The notes under the pieces: generated by a model
Told to the model about the DNA's origin: nothing
Database searches by the model: none
What the model saw: the letters and a program-made list of their open reading frames with translations, nothing else
Shown: one piece after another, positions 19,995 through 29,719 of the stretch
How the letters are laid out: each line of letters begins with the position of its first letter
Numbering within the stretch: position 1 is the stretch's first letter
Translations under genes and position numbers: made by a program
Source: Promethearchaeia archaeon
GTDB taxonomy: Archaea > Asgardarchaeota > Lokiarchaeia > Sigyniarchaeales > SOKP01
Length of the DNA stretch: 64,000 nt
Assembly (NCBI GenBank): GCA_029856155.1
Contig: JAHQWL010000002.1
Coordinates: 1 to 64,000 of the forward strand
Direction: 5' to 3'

Positions 19995-22850
19995 ATGGAG
20001 GAAATAGACCCAAAGAAACTGACTCCTATGTTGAAACATTGGTATTCTATTCGTAAAAGGTTTCCTCCAGAGAATCTCATTGCATATCGAATGGGTGATT
20101 TCTATGAATTCTTCTATAATGACGCAGAAAGAATTTCAAAACTTTTAGGAATAACTCTTACGAAAAGAGGAGAGGTTCCTTTAGCAGGAATTCCACACCA
20201 TTCGGGTCATAATTATTTTAACAATCTTATGAATCTTGGTGAAACTTTAGTAATAGTCGATCAATTAGAAGATCCTGCTACGGTTAAAGGAAGAATTGTA
20301 AAACGAGGAATAACTCGAATAATTTCACCGGGTACAATAATGGACCCAAATTTATTAAAATCGAATAAGAATAACTATATTGCTTCTATCGTAAAGGAAA
20401 GAGATGGATTTGGTGTTGCGTTCGCAGATATATCTACTGGAGAATTCGTAACAACTGAATTTTCATACAAAGAACAAGATCCACAGGAACAATTATTAAG
20501 TTTATTTTCTCAATATGATCCCGTAGAATTAATAATCCCCCCTGAATTGAAAAAAGATGATAGACTTTTTATAATTTTGACAGATCTAACAAAAGCAATC
20601 ATTAAATCTTATGAAGAGCATGCTTTTTTATATGATGAGGCTTATACCTTAATTTCTCGTCATTTTAAAATTACAAATTTAAAAAGTTTTAATCTTGAAG
20701 ATAAAGAAATGGCGGTTCAGGCGTCGGGGGGACTTTTAGCATTTTTGAAAGAGACTCAAAGGGATACAATTCCAAACATTTATAAAATTAATCTTATCTT
20801 GGAAAAAAATGTACTCCATTTGGATTATATAACTCAGAGAAATTTAGAGTTAATTAATTCTTTATGGGAGAGAGGAAAAGATGTTACATTATATTCCATT
20901 TTTAACCATACTCATACTCCCATGGGTGCGCGGTTATTAAAAAAATTTATTCTCCAACCTTTAACCGACGTTGAAGAAATAAATCAAAGACATAATATTG
21001 TTCAGAAATTTAAGGATGATATTTTTCTAAGATCGGATTTAAGGGAGAATTTGAGAGTTATCGGTGATCTTGAAAGATTTATTAATAGAATTAATTATAG
21101 TGGGCGTGCAAATGCTCGAGATCTAATAAATATCAAGGTTTCATTAGAGAAAATTCCAAAAATCAAAGAATTGTTAGAAAAAGCAGAGATTCCCGAAATT
21201 TCCAAATTTGTTACAAATATTCGAGCTTTTAATAATGTAAAAAACTTGATTGATGTCTCAATAAAAGATAATCCCCCAACGACAATTAGAGAGGGGAATA
21301 TTATCAGAGATGGGTTTAATATTGAAGTAGATGAGCTTAGGGACATAATTCATAATGGGAAGAAATATGTTTTAGAATATGAAAAAGAACAGAAGAAAAG
21401 GTGGAATTTAACAACAGGATTAAAAGTTGGATATAATAATATCCTTGGGTATTATATTGAAATAACTTTAAGAACTCTTAATAATATTAAAACAATTCCT
21501 GAAGATTATATAGAAAGAGCAACTCTCAAAAATGCAAAAAGATATACAACTAAAAGACTAAAAGAACTTGAAGAAAAAATAGTCAATGCTGAAGAAAAAA
21601 TCAATGACTTAGAATATGAAATTTTTAATTCTATTCGAGAAGATGTTGAAAAAGAAACTAAAAATATCCTAAAAACTGCACAAAATATTGCTGTCATTGA
21701 TGTTTTAGCATGTTTTGCCGAAATTTCAGAACATTATAATTATAGTCGTCCTAAGGTAAATAAAGAAGATAAAATTGTAATTAAAGCTGGCAGGCACCCT
21801 GTAGTAGAACAAATTAACTTGGATGAACAATTTATAGCTAATGATTGTTATTTAGATAATGGAAATGACCAATTATTAATTATTACTGGTCCTAATATGG
21901 CAGGTAAAAGCACGTATCTTAGACAAGTTGCATTAATATGTATAATCGCACAGATGGGATGTTTTGTTCCAGCTACATCTGCCACAATAGGAATTATTGA
22001 TCAAATATTCACACGTATTGGAGCTTCAGATGATCTTGCGAGAAAATTAAGCACTTTTATGATTGAAATGACAGAAACTGCTAAAATATTAAATTATGCT
22101 ACACCAAAAAGCCTTATAATAATAGATGAATTAGGAAGAGGAACAAGCACTAGTGATGGTCAAAGTATCGCAATGGCAACTCTTGAAAAACTCCATAAAT
22201 TAAAAATAAAGACTTTATTTAGTACCCATTATCATCAATTAACTGAGATTAATTTACCCGGGGTGAAAAATTATCATTTAGATATTATTGAAAATGATGA
22301 TGGGAGTATAAATTTTGTAAGAACATTGAAACCGGGAAGTACAGATAAATCCTATGGTATTCATGTAGCTAAATTAGCAGGGATTCCAGATGATGTGATA
22401 ATAAGAGCATTTGAAATTCTTGAGAAAATAGAAGAAAAGGATCCATTTAGGACAGCAATAAGAGAAAATGGAGATGTAGCATCATCAGATAAATATTATA
22501 ATAAAGTCATTAATGGAAAAACAGTTAAACTTGAAAAATTAAACTCTGAATTAATAAATCTTAAAAATTTATTAAGAGAATGCAATGATGATCTAATTAG
22601 AACAGAAAAAGATCTTGAAAAAAGAAAGAGAGTACTTGAAGAATTGGAATTGAATATTGAATCTAAAAAAGGTAAAATTCCGAAAAAGAAAAAATATGTA
22701 CAAACAAGTTTATTTGAACCTCTTACTAATAAAGATAAAATTACAGATTTACTCAATTTTATTAATAAAATAGAATTGAAATCAGATGTTCCAGAAAAAG
22801 TAAAAGCCCAATTAACTGAACTTAAAAATAAAATAGAAAAACTTAACTAA
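19995..22850 (+). CDS. mutS: DNA mismatch repair protein MutS (MutS1)
   Basis: TPML, mismatch-binding GDFYE, Walker A TGPNMAGKST, STFMIEM, DELGRGTS, STHY and SYGIHVA. Confidence 0.97.
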   Translation: MEEIDPKKLTPMLKHWYSIRKRFPPENLIAYRMGDFYEFFYNDAERISKLLGITLTKRGEVPLAGIPHHSGHNYFNNLMNLGETLVIVDQLEDPATVKGRIVKRGITRIISPGTIMDPNLLKSNKNNYIASIVKERDGFGVAFADISTGEFVTTEFSYKEQDPQEQLLSLFSQYDPVELIIPPELKKDDRLFIILTDLTKAIIKSYEEHAFLYDEAYTLISRHFKITNLKSFNLEDKEMAVQASGGLLAFLKETQRDTIPNIYKINLILEKNVLHLDYITQRNLELINSLWERGKDVTLYSIFNHTHTPMGARLLKKFILQPLTDVEEINQRHNIVQKFKDDIFLRSDLRENLRVIGDLERFINRINYSGRANARDLINIKVSLEKIPKIKELLEKAEIPEISKFVTNIRAFNNVKNLIDVSIKDNPPTTIREGNIIRDGFNIEVDELRDIIHNGKKYVLEYEKEQKKRWNLTTGLKVGYNNILGYYIEITLRTLNNIKTIPEDYIERATLKNAKRYTTKRLKELEEKIVNAEEKINDLEYEIFNSIREDVEKETKNILKTAQNIAVIDVLACFAEISEHYNYSRPKVNKEDKIVIKAGRHPVVEQINLDEQFIANDCYLDNGNDQLLIITGPNMAGKSTYLRQVALICIIAQMGCFVPATSATIGIIDQIFTRIGASDDLARKLSTFMIEMTETAKILNYATPKSLIIIDELGRGTSTSDGQSIAMATLEKLHKLKIKTLFSTHYHQLTEINLPGVKNYHLDIIENDDGSINFVRTLKPGSTDKSYGIHVAKLAGIPDDVIIRAFEILEKIEEKDPFRTAIRENGDVASSDKYYNKVINGKTVKLEKLNSELINLKNLLRECNDDLIRTEKDLEKRKRVLEELELNIESKKGKIPKKKKYVQTSLFEPLTNKDKITDLLNFINKIELKSDVPEKVKAQLTELKNKIEKLN

Positions 22851-23776
22851 CGAAGAACTACTGGAATAATAAAAACTATCGTTGTTAGGTAAATATAATA
22901 AATAGATATTATTGAAACAATAATAATTCTGTACAAATTTTTTCGATCCTCATTCTTAAGATTCTCTAAAAATATAAGCAATAATAAGCCGATAAACATT
23001 AAATGTGAGGGCTGTAAAGCTTTCCAAATAATTGAATCCAGGATTAAGAGCCCCTGTATTTCTTCATCACTATGAAACCAATTGTGAAACATTTGTAAGA
23101 AATAATTAGGGAATATTATATAAGGAATACAAATAATAAAAAAAGGGACTAAGTAGTAGAGAAGATCCTTCCATTTTATTTTTCTAGCTATAAGTAAAAC
23201 GGGAAGGAATAATAGTGCTGTAACTTTAAACGTAGCAAGGGTAAATAATATCCCGGCAACCCATTTTTTATCTCTTTCGAAATACACATATGAATAAAAT
23301 AATAAGAATAATATTAAAAAATTAACATTATTATAATAACCATCGATGCTGAAGCCGATAATGCACATTAAATAAAAAATAAGCAAATCTTTTTTATTCT
23401 TAAATATTTTTGGTGATTCTTTTACGACTATAATCGTTAAAACCAATCTAAAAACATCCCAAATATAAATCCCTATTATTGTATTGTAAGGTATTATATA
23501 TATTGGATAAAATATGAAATACCAAAAATAGAGATAATATGGAGGCCAATGTGTAATTCCAATAGTATTATAGAAATCAACCAAACCATTATCCATACCT
23601 TCTATAAGTATGTAAAAATCAATATCTTTTGTGTCTTGAATCCACTCAGAAATTACAAAGAAATGTAAGAATATTCTTAATATAATAAGAGTAATTGTGA
23701 TAATAGTGAACAAACCTATAAAATACAAATGAAGTGGATATTTTTCCTCCTCGTTCACTGTATCTTGATTGCTCAT
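22847..23776 (-). CDS. Polytopic membrane protein, GT-C glycosyltransferase family 87 (DUF2029)-like
   Basis: DIDF acidic loop after TM1, WPPYYLY, NNVN and GILFTLATFK patterns with multiple TM helices. Confidence 0.6.
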   Translation of the reverse strand: MSNQDTVNEEEKYPLHLYFIGLFTIITITLIILRIFLHFFVISEWIQDTKDIDFYILIEGMDNGLVDFYNTIGITHWPPYYLYFWYFIFYPIYIIPYNTIIGIYIWDVFRLVLTIIVVKESPKIFKNKKDLLIFYLMCIIGFSIDGYYNNVNFLILFLLFYSYVYFERDKKWVAGILFTLATFKVTALLFLPVLLIARKIKWKDLLYYLVPFFIICIPYIIFPNYFLQMFHNWFHSDEEIQGLLILDSIIWKALQPSHLMFIGLLLLIFLENLKNEDRKNLYRIIIVSIISIYYIYLTTIVFIIPVVLR

Positions 23777-23986
23777 AATTTAGACTCGATAGAATTATAA
23801 TAAAGTATTAAAAGAAATTTAAAAGACTTACCTTCAATTTAATGGTAATATTAAAAACACTCTTAGATCTAAATTTTATTTAAACTTTAATAGTGTTCTA
23901 TTTTAAATTTGATTGTAATGAGAAATATATTAGCTTAATAATCTTATCATATTATTAAAAAAAATTCGGAAAACCGTTAGAAAATA

Positions 23987-25852
23987 ATGAATGTAAGTAA
24001 GATTGAAAAAATTATTGATGCAGAGAAAATTGCTGCGGGAGAAGTTGTTGATAGACCTGTTAATATCGTAAAAGAGTTTATTGAAAATAGTATCGACGCA
24101 GAAGCATCAGAAATAAGGATAATTGTGAAGAGGGCTGGAAAATCGTTAATCCAGGTCATAGATAATGGTATTGGTATCCCTTCAGAAGATATTATTATGG
24201 CTTTTGAAAGACATACAAGTAGTAAAATTAGATGTATAGAGGATTTGCAGAACCTTTCTACTTTAGGTTTTAGAGGAGAAGCACTTGCTAGTATCTCAGC
24301 TGTAAGCAAAGTCGATATAATTTCTAGAGTTGAGTATGAAGAGAAAGGTGTAGAGTTACATATTGAAGGAGGTAAAATCATAGATAATAAAAAAGTCTCT
24401 TGTCCTATTGGAACAAATATTCAGGTAAAAAATTTATTTTATAATCTGCCCGCAAGACAAAAGTTTCTTAAAACAGATGCTACAGAATTGAGTCATATTA
24501 CAGATATTGTACAGAGATATTCTTTAGCATACCCAAAACTTCGCATAATATATCGCCATAATGATTTAGACATCCTCAACTGTCCTGCTTTAAATGATTT
24601 AAAAACAACTGTATTTCATATCTATGGTAAAAAAATTGCAAAATATATGGAACAATTTGATTACTCAGAGCATGATATAAAATTTCGGGTTTATGGTTTA
24701 TTAGGTCATCCCCAAATTGCTAAAAAGAACAGGTCCTATTCCAGTGTATTTATTAACAACCGCTATATTATTAGTGACGTACTTTTTAGGGCTATCAACG
24801 AAGCTTATGAAGGAACACTAATGGTAAGTAAATATCCTTTCTTTATTATATTTCTTGAGCTTGATCCTTCTGTGATTGATTTCAATGTTCACCCAAAGAA
24901 GCTTCATGTAAGATTTGAAAGAGAGGAATCTATATATAATAAAATTTATAACGTCATTCATAGTATTGTAGAAGACAAATTTATAACCAAGGAGGCAAAA
25001 TATATATCTACAGAATTAAAAGATTATATTCCCAAAGAAGAGAAAGAATCAATCGATATCTCAAAAGAATTAAGTGAAGCACGAGAGAAAATAAGTAAAA
25101 ATGAAGAAGTATTTCTAAAAGAACATAAAATACCCGAAGAAAGCGTCCAATTAATTTTAAGTGAACAGATAATCGATGAGGACACTCAAAAAAAAATACA
25201 ACCTGAAACATATCTACGAGGAAAATATATAATTTCCAAGAATTTTCCAAAATTACGCTTAATCTCTCAAACAGGTCAGCTTAATAATAAAATATATGTT
25301 GTTTTAGAAGGAATTAACGAAAATAATGAAGAAGGATTATTTATTTTAGATCAACATGCCGCTTCAGAAAGGATAAATAAGGAAAAATTCTTAGAAGCCT
25401 ATGAAACTTCAAAAATGAGTAAACAAAGATTAATCTCAGCTCTAAAAATTGATGTTTCTCCTAGTGAGAAGATATTCTTGGAAGCCAATCTACCTGAAAT
25501 TAGGAAGTTAGGATTCAATTTTGATCATTTTGGAGGAAACACGTTTATTCTAAGAGAAATACCAACTATCATGGGAAAGGTTCCAAATATTGATATCGTT
25601 AAAGATATAATCAGCGATATCACGAAAATTGGAAAAGAAAAAAGTTTTACCGAAGTTAAAGAAGATATTATCAATTATTTATCTTGTCATAAAAGTATTA
25701 GAGGGGGTGATGATCTCTCCTTAAAAGATATAAGAAATCTGTTGATTGAATTAGCAAATTGTAAAGATTCTTATCATTGTGCTCATGGAAGACCAACTTT
25801 AAGATTTTTCTCTTACAAAGAATTAGATAAATTATTTAAAAGGATAGTATAA
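23987..25852 (+). CDS. mutL: DNA mismatch repair endonuclease MutL
   Basis: IAAGEV, KEFIENSIDA, DNGIG, GFRGEAL and DFNVHP, plus endonuclease motifs DQHAASERINKE and CAHGRP. Confidence 0.97.
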   Translation: MNVSKIEKIIDAEKIAAGEVVDRPVNIVKEFIENSIDAEASEIRIIVKRAGKSLIQVIDNGIGIPSEDIIMAFERHTSSKIRCIEDLQNLSTLGFRGEALASISAVSKVDIISRVEYEEKGVELHIEGGKIIDNKKVSCPIGTNIQVKNLFYNLPARQKFLKTDATELSHITDIVQRYSLAYPKLRIIYRHNDLDILNCPALNDLKTTVFHIYGKKIAKYMEQFDYSEHDIKFRVYGLLGHPQIAKKNRSYSSVFINNRYIISDVLFRAINEAYEGTLMVSKYPFFIIFLELDPSVIDFNVHPKKLHVRFEREESIYNKIYNVIHSIVEDKFITKEAKYISTELKDYIPKEEKESIDISKELSEAREKISKNEEVFLKEHKIPEESVQLILSEQIIDEDTQKKIQPETYLRGKYIISKNFPKLRLISQTGQLNNKIYVVLEGINENNEEGLFILDQHAASERINKEKFLEAYETSKMSKQRLISALKIDVSPSEKIFLEANLPEIRKLGFNFDHFGGNTFILREIPTIMGKVPNIDIVKDIISDITKIGKEKSFTEVKEDIINYLSCHKSIRGGDDLSLKDIRNLLIELANCKDSYHCAHGRPTLRFFSYKELDKLFKRIV

Positions 25853-25874
25853 TAAATATTAGAAATAGTCATTC

Positions 25875-26141
25875 CTATGCTTTTGAAAATGCGATACCTT
25901 CAATACCTTGTATACCGTCGACTTGTTTAAATAAATCTTCAAGTTTATCTGTTCCACCCCATTCTTCGGGGTATCTTACTCGTACTCTAGCTTTTTTCAA
26001 ACCAAAAGCTACAGGCATAACCTCATAATTTTCTATAACACATGTGTCAGGCAGAACATCTTTTAATTTATTAACAAATACCTCGAAGTTTATATCGACA
26101 TCTTCTGGAATAACATCAATTAATGCAACGAATTCCCCCAT
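25875..26141 (-). CDS. ef1b: Archaeal translation elongation factor 1-beta
   Basis: 88 aa with the PVAFGLK signature and GGTD. Confidence 0.92.
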   Translation of the reverse strand: MGEFVALIDVIPEDVDINFEVFVNKLKDVLPDTCVIENYEVMPVAFGLKKARVRVRYPEEWGGTDKLEDLFKQVDGIQGIEGIAFSKA

Positions 26142-26167
26142 TTTAACCTAACCGTTTAATAATTATT

Positions 26168-26344
26168 TTAAGGTCCTAAAAAGTCACATTTCAAACAACG
26201 ATATTCCTTCCCCATCTCTCTACACCGTTCACATCGCCAGATTGTTACATCTCCACACGAAGGACAAGGAAAATGAACCGCAGCTTCATATGGTGCGATT
26301 GGTCTCCCGCATCCAAAGCAAATGTTTTTTTTAAATGTGCTCAT
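26168..26344 (-). CDS. Small zinc-ribbon protein (HVO_2753/DUF1610 family), not in the ORF track
   Basis: Hand translation: MSTFKKNICFGCGRPIAPYEAAVHFPCPSCGDVTIWRCERCREMGKEYRCLKCDFLGP* (58 aa, four CxxC, terminal GP). Lies directly upstream of EF-1beta, the usual archaeal gene order. Confidence 0.92.
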   Translation of the reverse strand: MSTFKKNICFGCGRPIAPYEAAVHFPCPSCGDVTIWRCERCREMGKEYRCLKCDFLGP

Positions 26345-26596
26345 CGATATATCATAACTACATTATTAGAATTTAAACTTAGATTTTAAAAGATATTATA
26401 ACTTTAATTATTTTTGCTTTTCAGTATTAAACTAAATAGAAATAAATTAAGCAGTTTTGAATGGTTAACTGGTTGATTTAAATTGATTTATTCATTATAG
26501 AAAAAACAAGGAAATTAAATTTTAAATTAAAAAACATCTTAATTTGTATATAATATAATTTAATAAATTAGTAAATCAACTTTAAATGGAACTACA

Positions 26597-27127
26597 ATGC
26601 CAGAAAATAAAGTGAGGAAATACTTTTCATTAATAGAAGCATGGGCTTGGTGTGATATATGTGACGATATGGTAGCACTCAATATCGACAAGCAAGAGAT
26701 TATCAATGGGTTAAAGATGAGTATCTATACTAAGGAGTATAAACATTCTAATCCTCATCCGGACGTTGAAGATCCAGATGATTTGTCCGGACAAGAGCAT
26801 ACTATCTATATTTATATAAATGAGGATTATGACATTACTGGAGTAAAAGCTTTTTTTGGTGAATCACCAACTACCGAAGAAATTGGTGCTAAAACCATTG
26901 AAGCAGGAGGAGAGGTAAGAATTCCAATAGTAGTAAAAGAAATTCCACCTATGGCAGTACAATTTGGGATGCTTAATAAAGATCAATTTAAAGTTTTAAA
27001 GATATGCGATGGTATGAATACCATTGAACAAGTAGCTAGTATTGCCGAAATGAGTATAAAAGCAATTGAAAAAATGATGGACCAACTTAGGAAAAAAGGA
27101 TTAGTAAAAGTTATTAGAAGGACATAA
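26597..27127 (+). CDS. Hypothetical protein with N-terminal CxxC..H..H motif and C-terminal winged HTH
   Basis: WCDIC plus two later His residues. C-terminus CDGMNTIEQVASIAEMS...LRKKGLV is HTH-like. Confidence 0.65.
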   Translation: MPENKVRKYFSLIEAWAWCDICDDMVALNIDKQEIINGLKMSIYTKEYKHSNPHPDVEDPDDLSGQEHTIYIYINEDYDITGVKAFFGESPTTEEIGAKTIEAGGEVRIPIVVKEIPPMAVQFGMLNKDQFKVLKICDGMNTIEQVASIAEMSIKAIEKMMDQLRKKGLVKVIRRT

Positions 27128-27140
27128 ACAAGTCTTAATT

Positions 27141-27680
27141 CTAATCTGTATTTCCTAATATTATTTTTGCTATATGATCGAAAATTTCCTCAACATTATT
27201 ACCTGTTTTAGCAGAACACTCAAAATACCCTTGTAGATTTAATTTTTTCGATAATTCCAATGCATCTTCAGATTCGATTGATCTTTTATCCTCAAGATCT
27301 GATTTTCCACCAACCATTAGAATGGGTATTTTCATTTTTGTTTCGGATACAAAATATTCAAAAATTGAGAGCCAATCATTAATTTCTTTTATAGATGAGT
27401 ATCTAGTAATATCAAACATGAAGATACCTCCGTCTGCTCCTTTAGCAAAGCTTGGTAAAAGTACTCTAAAGCGCTCTTCACCAGCAAAATCCCATATACG
27501 CAGTGTCACTTGCTTTCCTTCTATTTCTACGTTTTTTACACTAAAATCCGCTCCAATCGTCATCTTAATATCATCTTCAAATATTTTAGTAAGAAATCTT
27601 CTTATCAAAGTTGTTTTACCGACTCCTCCAGCACCAAAGATACAAACCTTAAAGGCAAGCTTCTGCACTATTTTTAACAC
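27141..27680 (-). CDS. Rab-like small GTPase
   Basis: G1 GAGGVGKT, G2 TIGADF, G3 WDFAGE, G4 GKSD and G5 CSAK. GTG start uncertain. Confidence 0.93.
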   Translation of the reverse strand: MLKIVQKLAFKVCIFGAGGVGKTTLIRRFLTKIFEDDIKMTIGADFSVKNVEIEGKQVTLRIWDFAGEERFRVLLPSFAKGADGGIFMFDITRYSSIKEINDWLSIFEYFVSETKMKIPILMVGGKSDLEDKRSIESEDALELSKKLNLQGYFECSAKTGNNVEEIFDHIAKIILGNTD

Positions 27681-28158
27681 CTGAAACGAAATCGAATAAT
27701 TTTTCTTTTTCTAAATAATCTATTTAATCTTTAAAAATATTTTTATATAAGGTAATTTATGTTTTATTGCTAATCTTATATATTTTTTGTGTTCCTTAGG
27801 ATGATTTAATCAGTTATTCTGGATAAATGTCAAAAGCAAGTAAGAATTATTTATTTTAATAATCCATAGATTTCATTTACTAATTCATTTTTATTGAGAA
27901 GTTTATTTAATAATACAAAGTGTTTTAAAAGAATAATAAACAGAGTTATCTATTTTTCTAATGTAATGATTAAGACTAATTATTGGATATTTGACAACCA
28001 AATGATCGAAATTAGTATTTAAATGATCTAATTTTAAAAAAAGATTAATATTTTAAATATTTTTATACCATAGAATAATTGTAAATTAAAATTATTGTCA
28101 AATTTTATAGTTTTAAATTTAATTTGAAAAACAAAATACAATTATTATTGATGATAAA

Positions 28159-29640
28159 ATGAGTGAAAATCAATATGATTTAGCGATTATTGGTGGAGGG
28201 CCGGGGGGTTATCATGCAGCTATTAGAGCTGCCCAATATGGCGCAAAAGTCGCACTAATTGAAAAAGATAAATTGGGGGGTACTTGTCTTAACTGGGGTT
28301 GTATCCCTACCAAAGCTTTATATGCTTCTGCTCATTTAGTAGAAAAAATTAAAGATGCTCATGAATTTGGAATAGAAATACCTGAGTACAATTTAGATTT
28401 TGCTAAAGCTGTAGACCGAAAAAATCAAGTAGTAGAAGAATTAGTTGGGGGAATTGAGCAATTAGAGAAGGCTTGGAAAAATGATGTGTATAAAGGTCAC
28501 GGCAAAATTATAGGGGGGGATATTAATAATGGATTTGAGGTCTCGGTTGAAGGCGAAAATAATGCAATAATTAAAGCAAAAAGAGTAATTATAGCAACTG
28601 GCTCCTCACCCGCTCTAATTCCTGCATTTAACATTGATCATGAACGGATTTTAACAAGTGATGATATTTTACATCCTGATTTTAAAACAGTACCTAAGAG
28701 ACTTTTAATAATTGGTGCAGGTGTTATTGGTTGTGAATTCGCAAATATTTTTACGAGATTTGGTAGTAGAGTAATTATCCTTGAATATCTTCCCTCCGCA
28801 ATTGCTACAGAAGAACCTATGATTGTGAAGGTGTTAATGAAAAAATTTGAAGAATTGGGTATTGAACTATACACTTCTCAAAATGTATTATCTGTAGAAA
28901 ATACGGGTTTTGGAGTAAAAGCGACAACCTGTGATGCATCCATTCCACGAGATCAAACAGATTCTGCTGAAAAATCTATCTATGAAGCTGATTTATGTCT
29001 AGTATCCATTGGACGCGCAAAAATATCAAAACATCTTGGATTAGAAACTCTCGGTATAGAAACTGACCGTGGTGCTATAAAAGTCAATAAAGATACATTA
29101 GAGACTTCTGTGAAAGGGATCTATGCAATCGGAGATGTCACAGGAGGACTTATGCTGGCTCATGTAGCAAGTTATGAAGGTGATATCGCAGTTTCAAATT
29201 CTTTAGCCGGTATCGGAGGCTTTCCTGTTAATAATATGAAACCTGATTATACTGTAGTTCCAGCAACAATTTTTACATCCCCAAATATAGGTTCTGTAGG
29301 CTATAGAAGAAAAGTTGCTAAAGATATGGGAATTGATGTTTTGATGGGTCAATTTCCTTATCAATCGCTAGGTAAAGCTAAATGTATGGGTGAAGAAGAA
29401 GGTTTTATTATGGTGCTTGCCGATAAAAAGACATATAAAATCATTGGTGCTTCTTGTATTGGAGCTGAAGCACCTGAATTAATATCTGAAATTGCCCTAG
29501 CAATGCAGCATGGATTAACAATCCATGATGTCGCAGAGACAATCCATAGCCATCCAACAATATCTGAAATGGTTTTGGAAGGTTCTGAGTCTGTCATAGG
29601 TAAAGCAATCCATAAAAAAGGACGCCCTATTCATCATTAA
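28159..29640 (+). CDS. lpdA: Dihydrolipoyl dehydrogenase (E3/L protein)
   Basis: GGGPGG FAD site, GGTCLNWGCIP redox disulfide, GAGVIG NAD site and HPTISE. Confidence 0.95.
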   Translation: MSENQYDLAIIGGGPGGYHAAIRAAQYGAKVALIEKDKLGGTCLNWGCIPTKALYASAHLVEKIKDAHEFGIEIPEYNLDFAKAVDRKNQVVEELVGGIEQLEKAWKNDVYKGHGKIIGGDINNGFEVSVEGENNAIIKAKRVIIATGSSPALIPAFNIDHERILTSDDILHPDFKTVPKRLLIIGAGVIGCEFANIFTRFGSRVIILEYLPSAIATEEPMIVKVLMKKFEELGIELYTSQNVLSVENTGFGVKATTCDASIPRDQTDSAEKSIYEADLCLVSIGRAKISKHLGLETLGIETDRGAIKVNKDTLETSVKGIYAIGDVTGGLMLAHVASYEGDIAVSNSLAGIGGFPVNNMKPDYTVVPATIFTSPNIGSVGYRRKVAKDMGIDVLMGQFPYQSLGKAKCMGEEEGFIMVLADKKTYKIIGASCIGAEAPELISEIALAMQHGLTIHDVAETIHSHPTISEMVLEGSESVIGKAIHKKGRPIHH

Positions 29641-29719
29641 CTATCTTTTTTATTTTTATTTTGTTCACAAGATAATATATAGTTCTTATCAATAATTAGA
29701 GAAAGACCAATGTTTAAGG

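Noticed and set aside
27681-28158. Long AT-rich intergenic region as a replication origin
   Set aside because: No ORB-like repeats recognised and no cdc6/orc1 nearby. It is adequately explained as a divergent promoter region.
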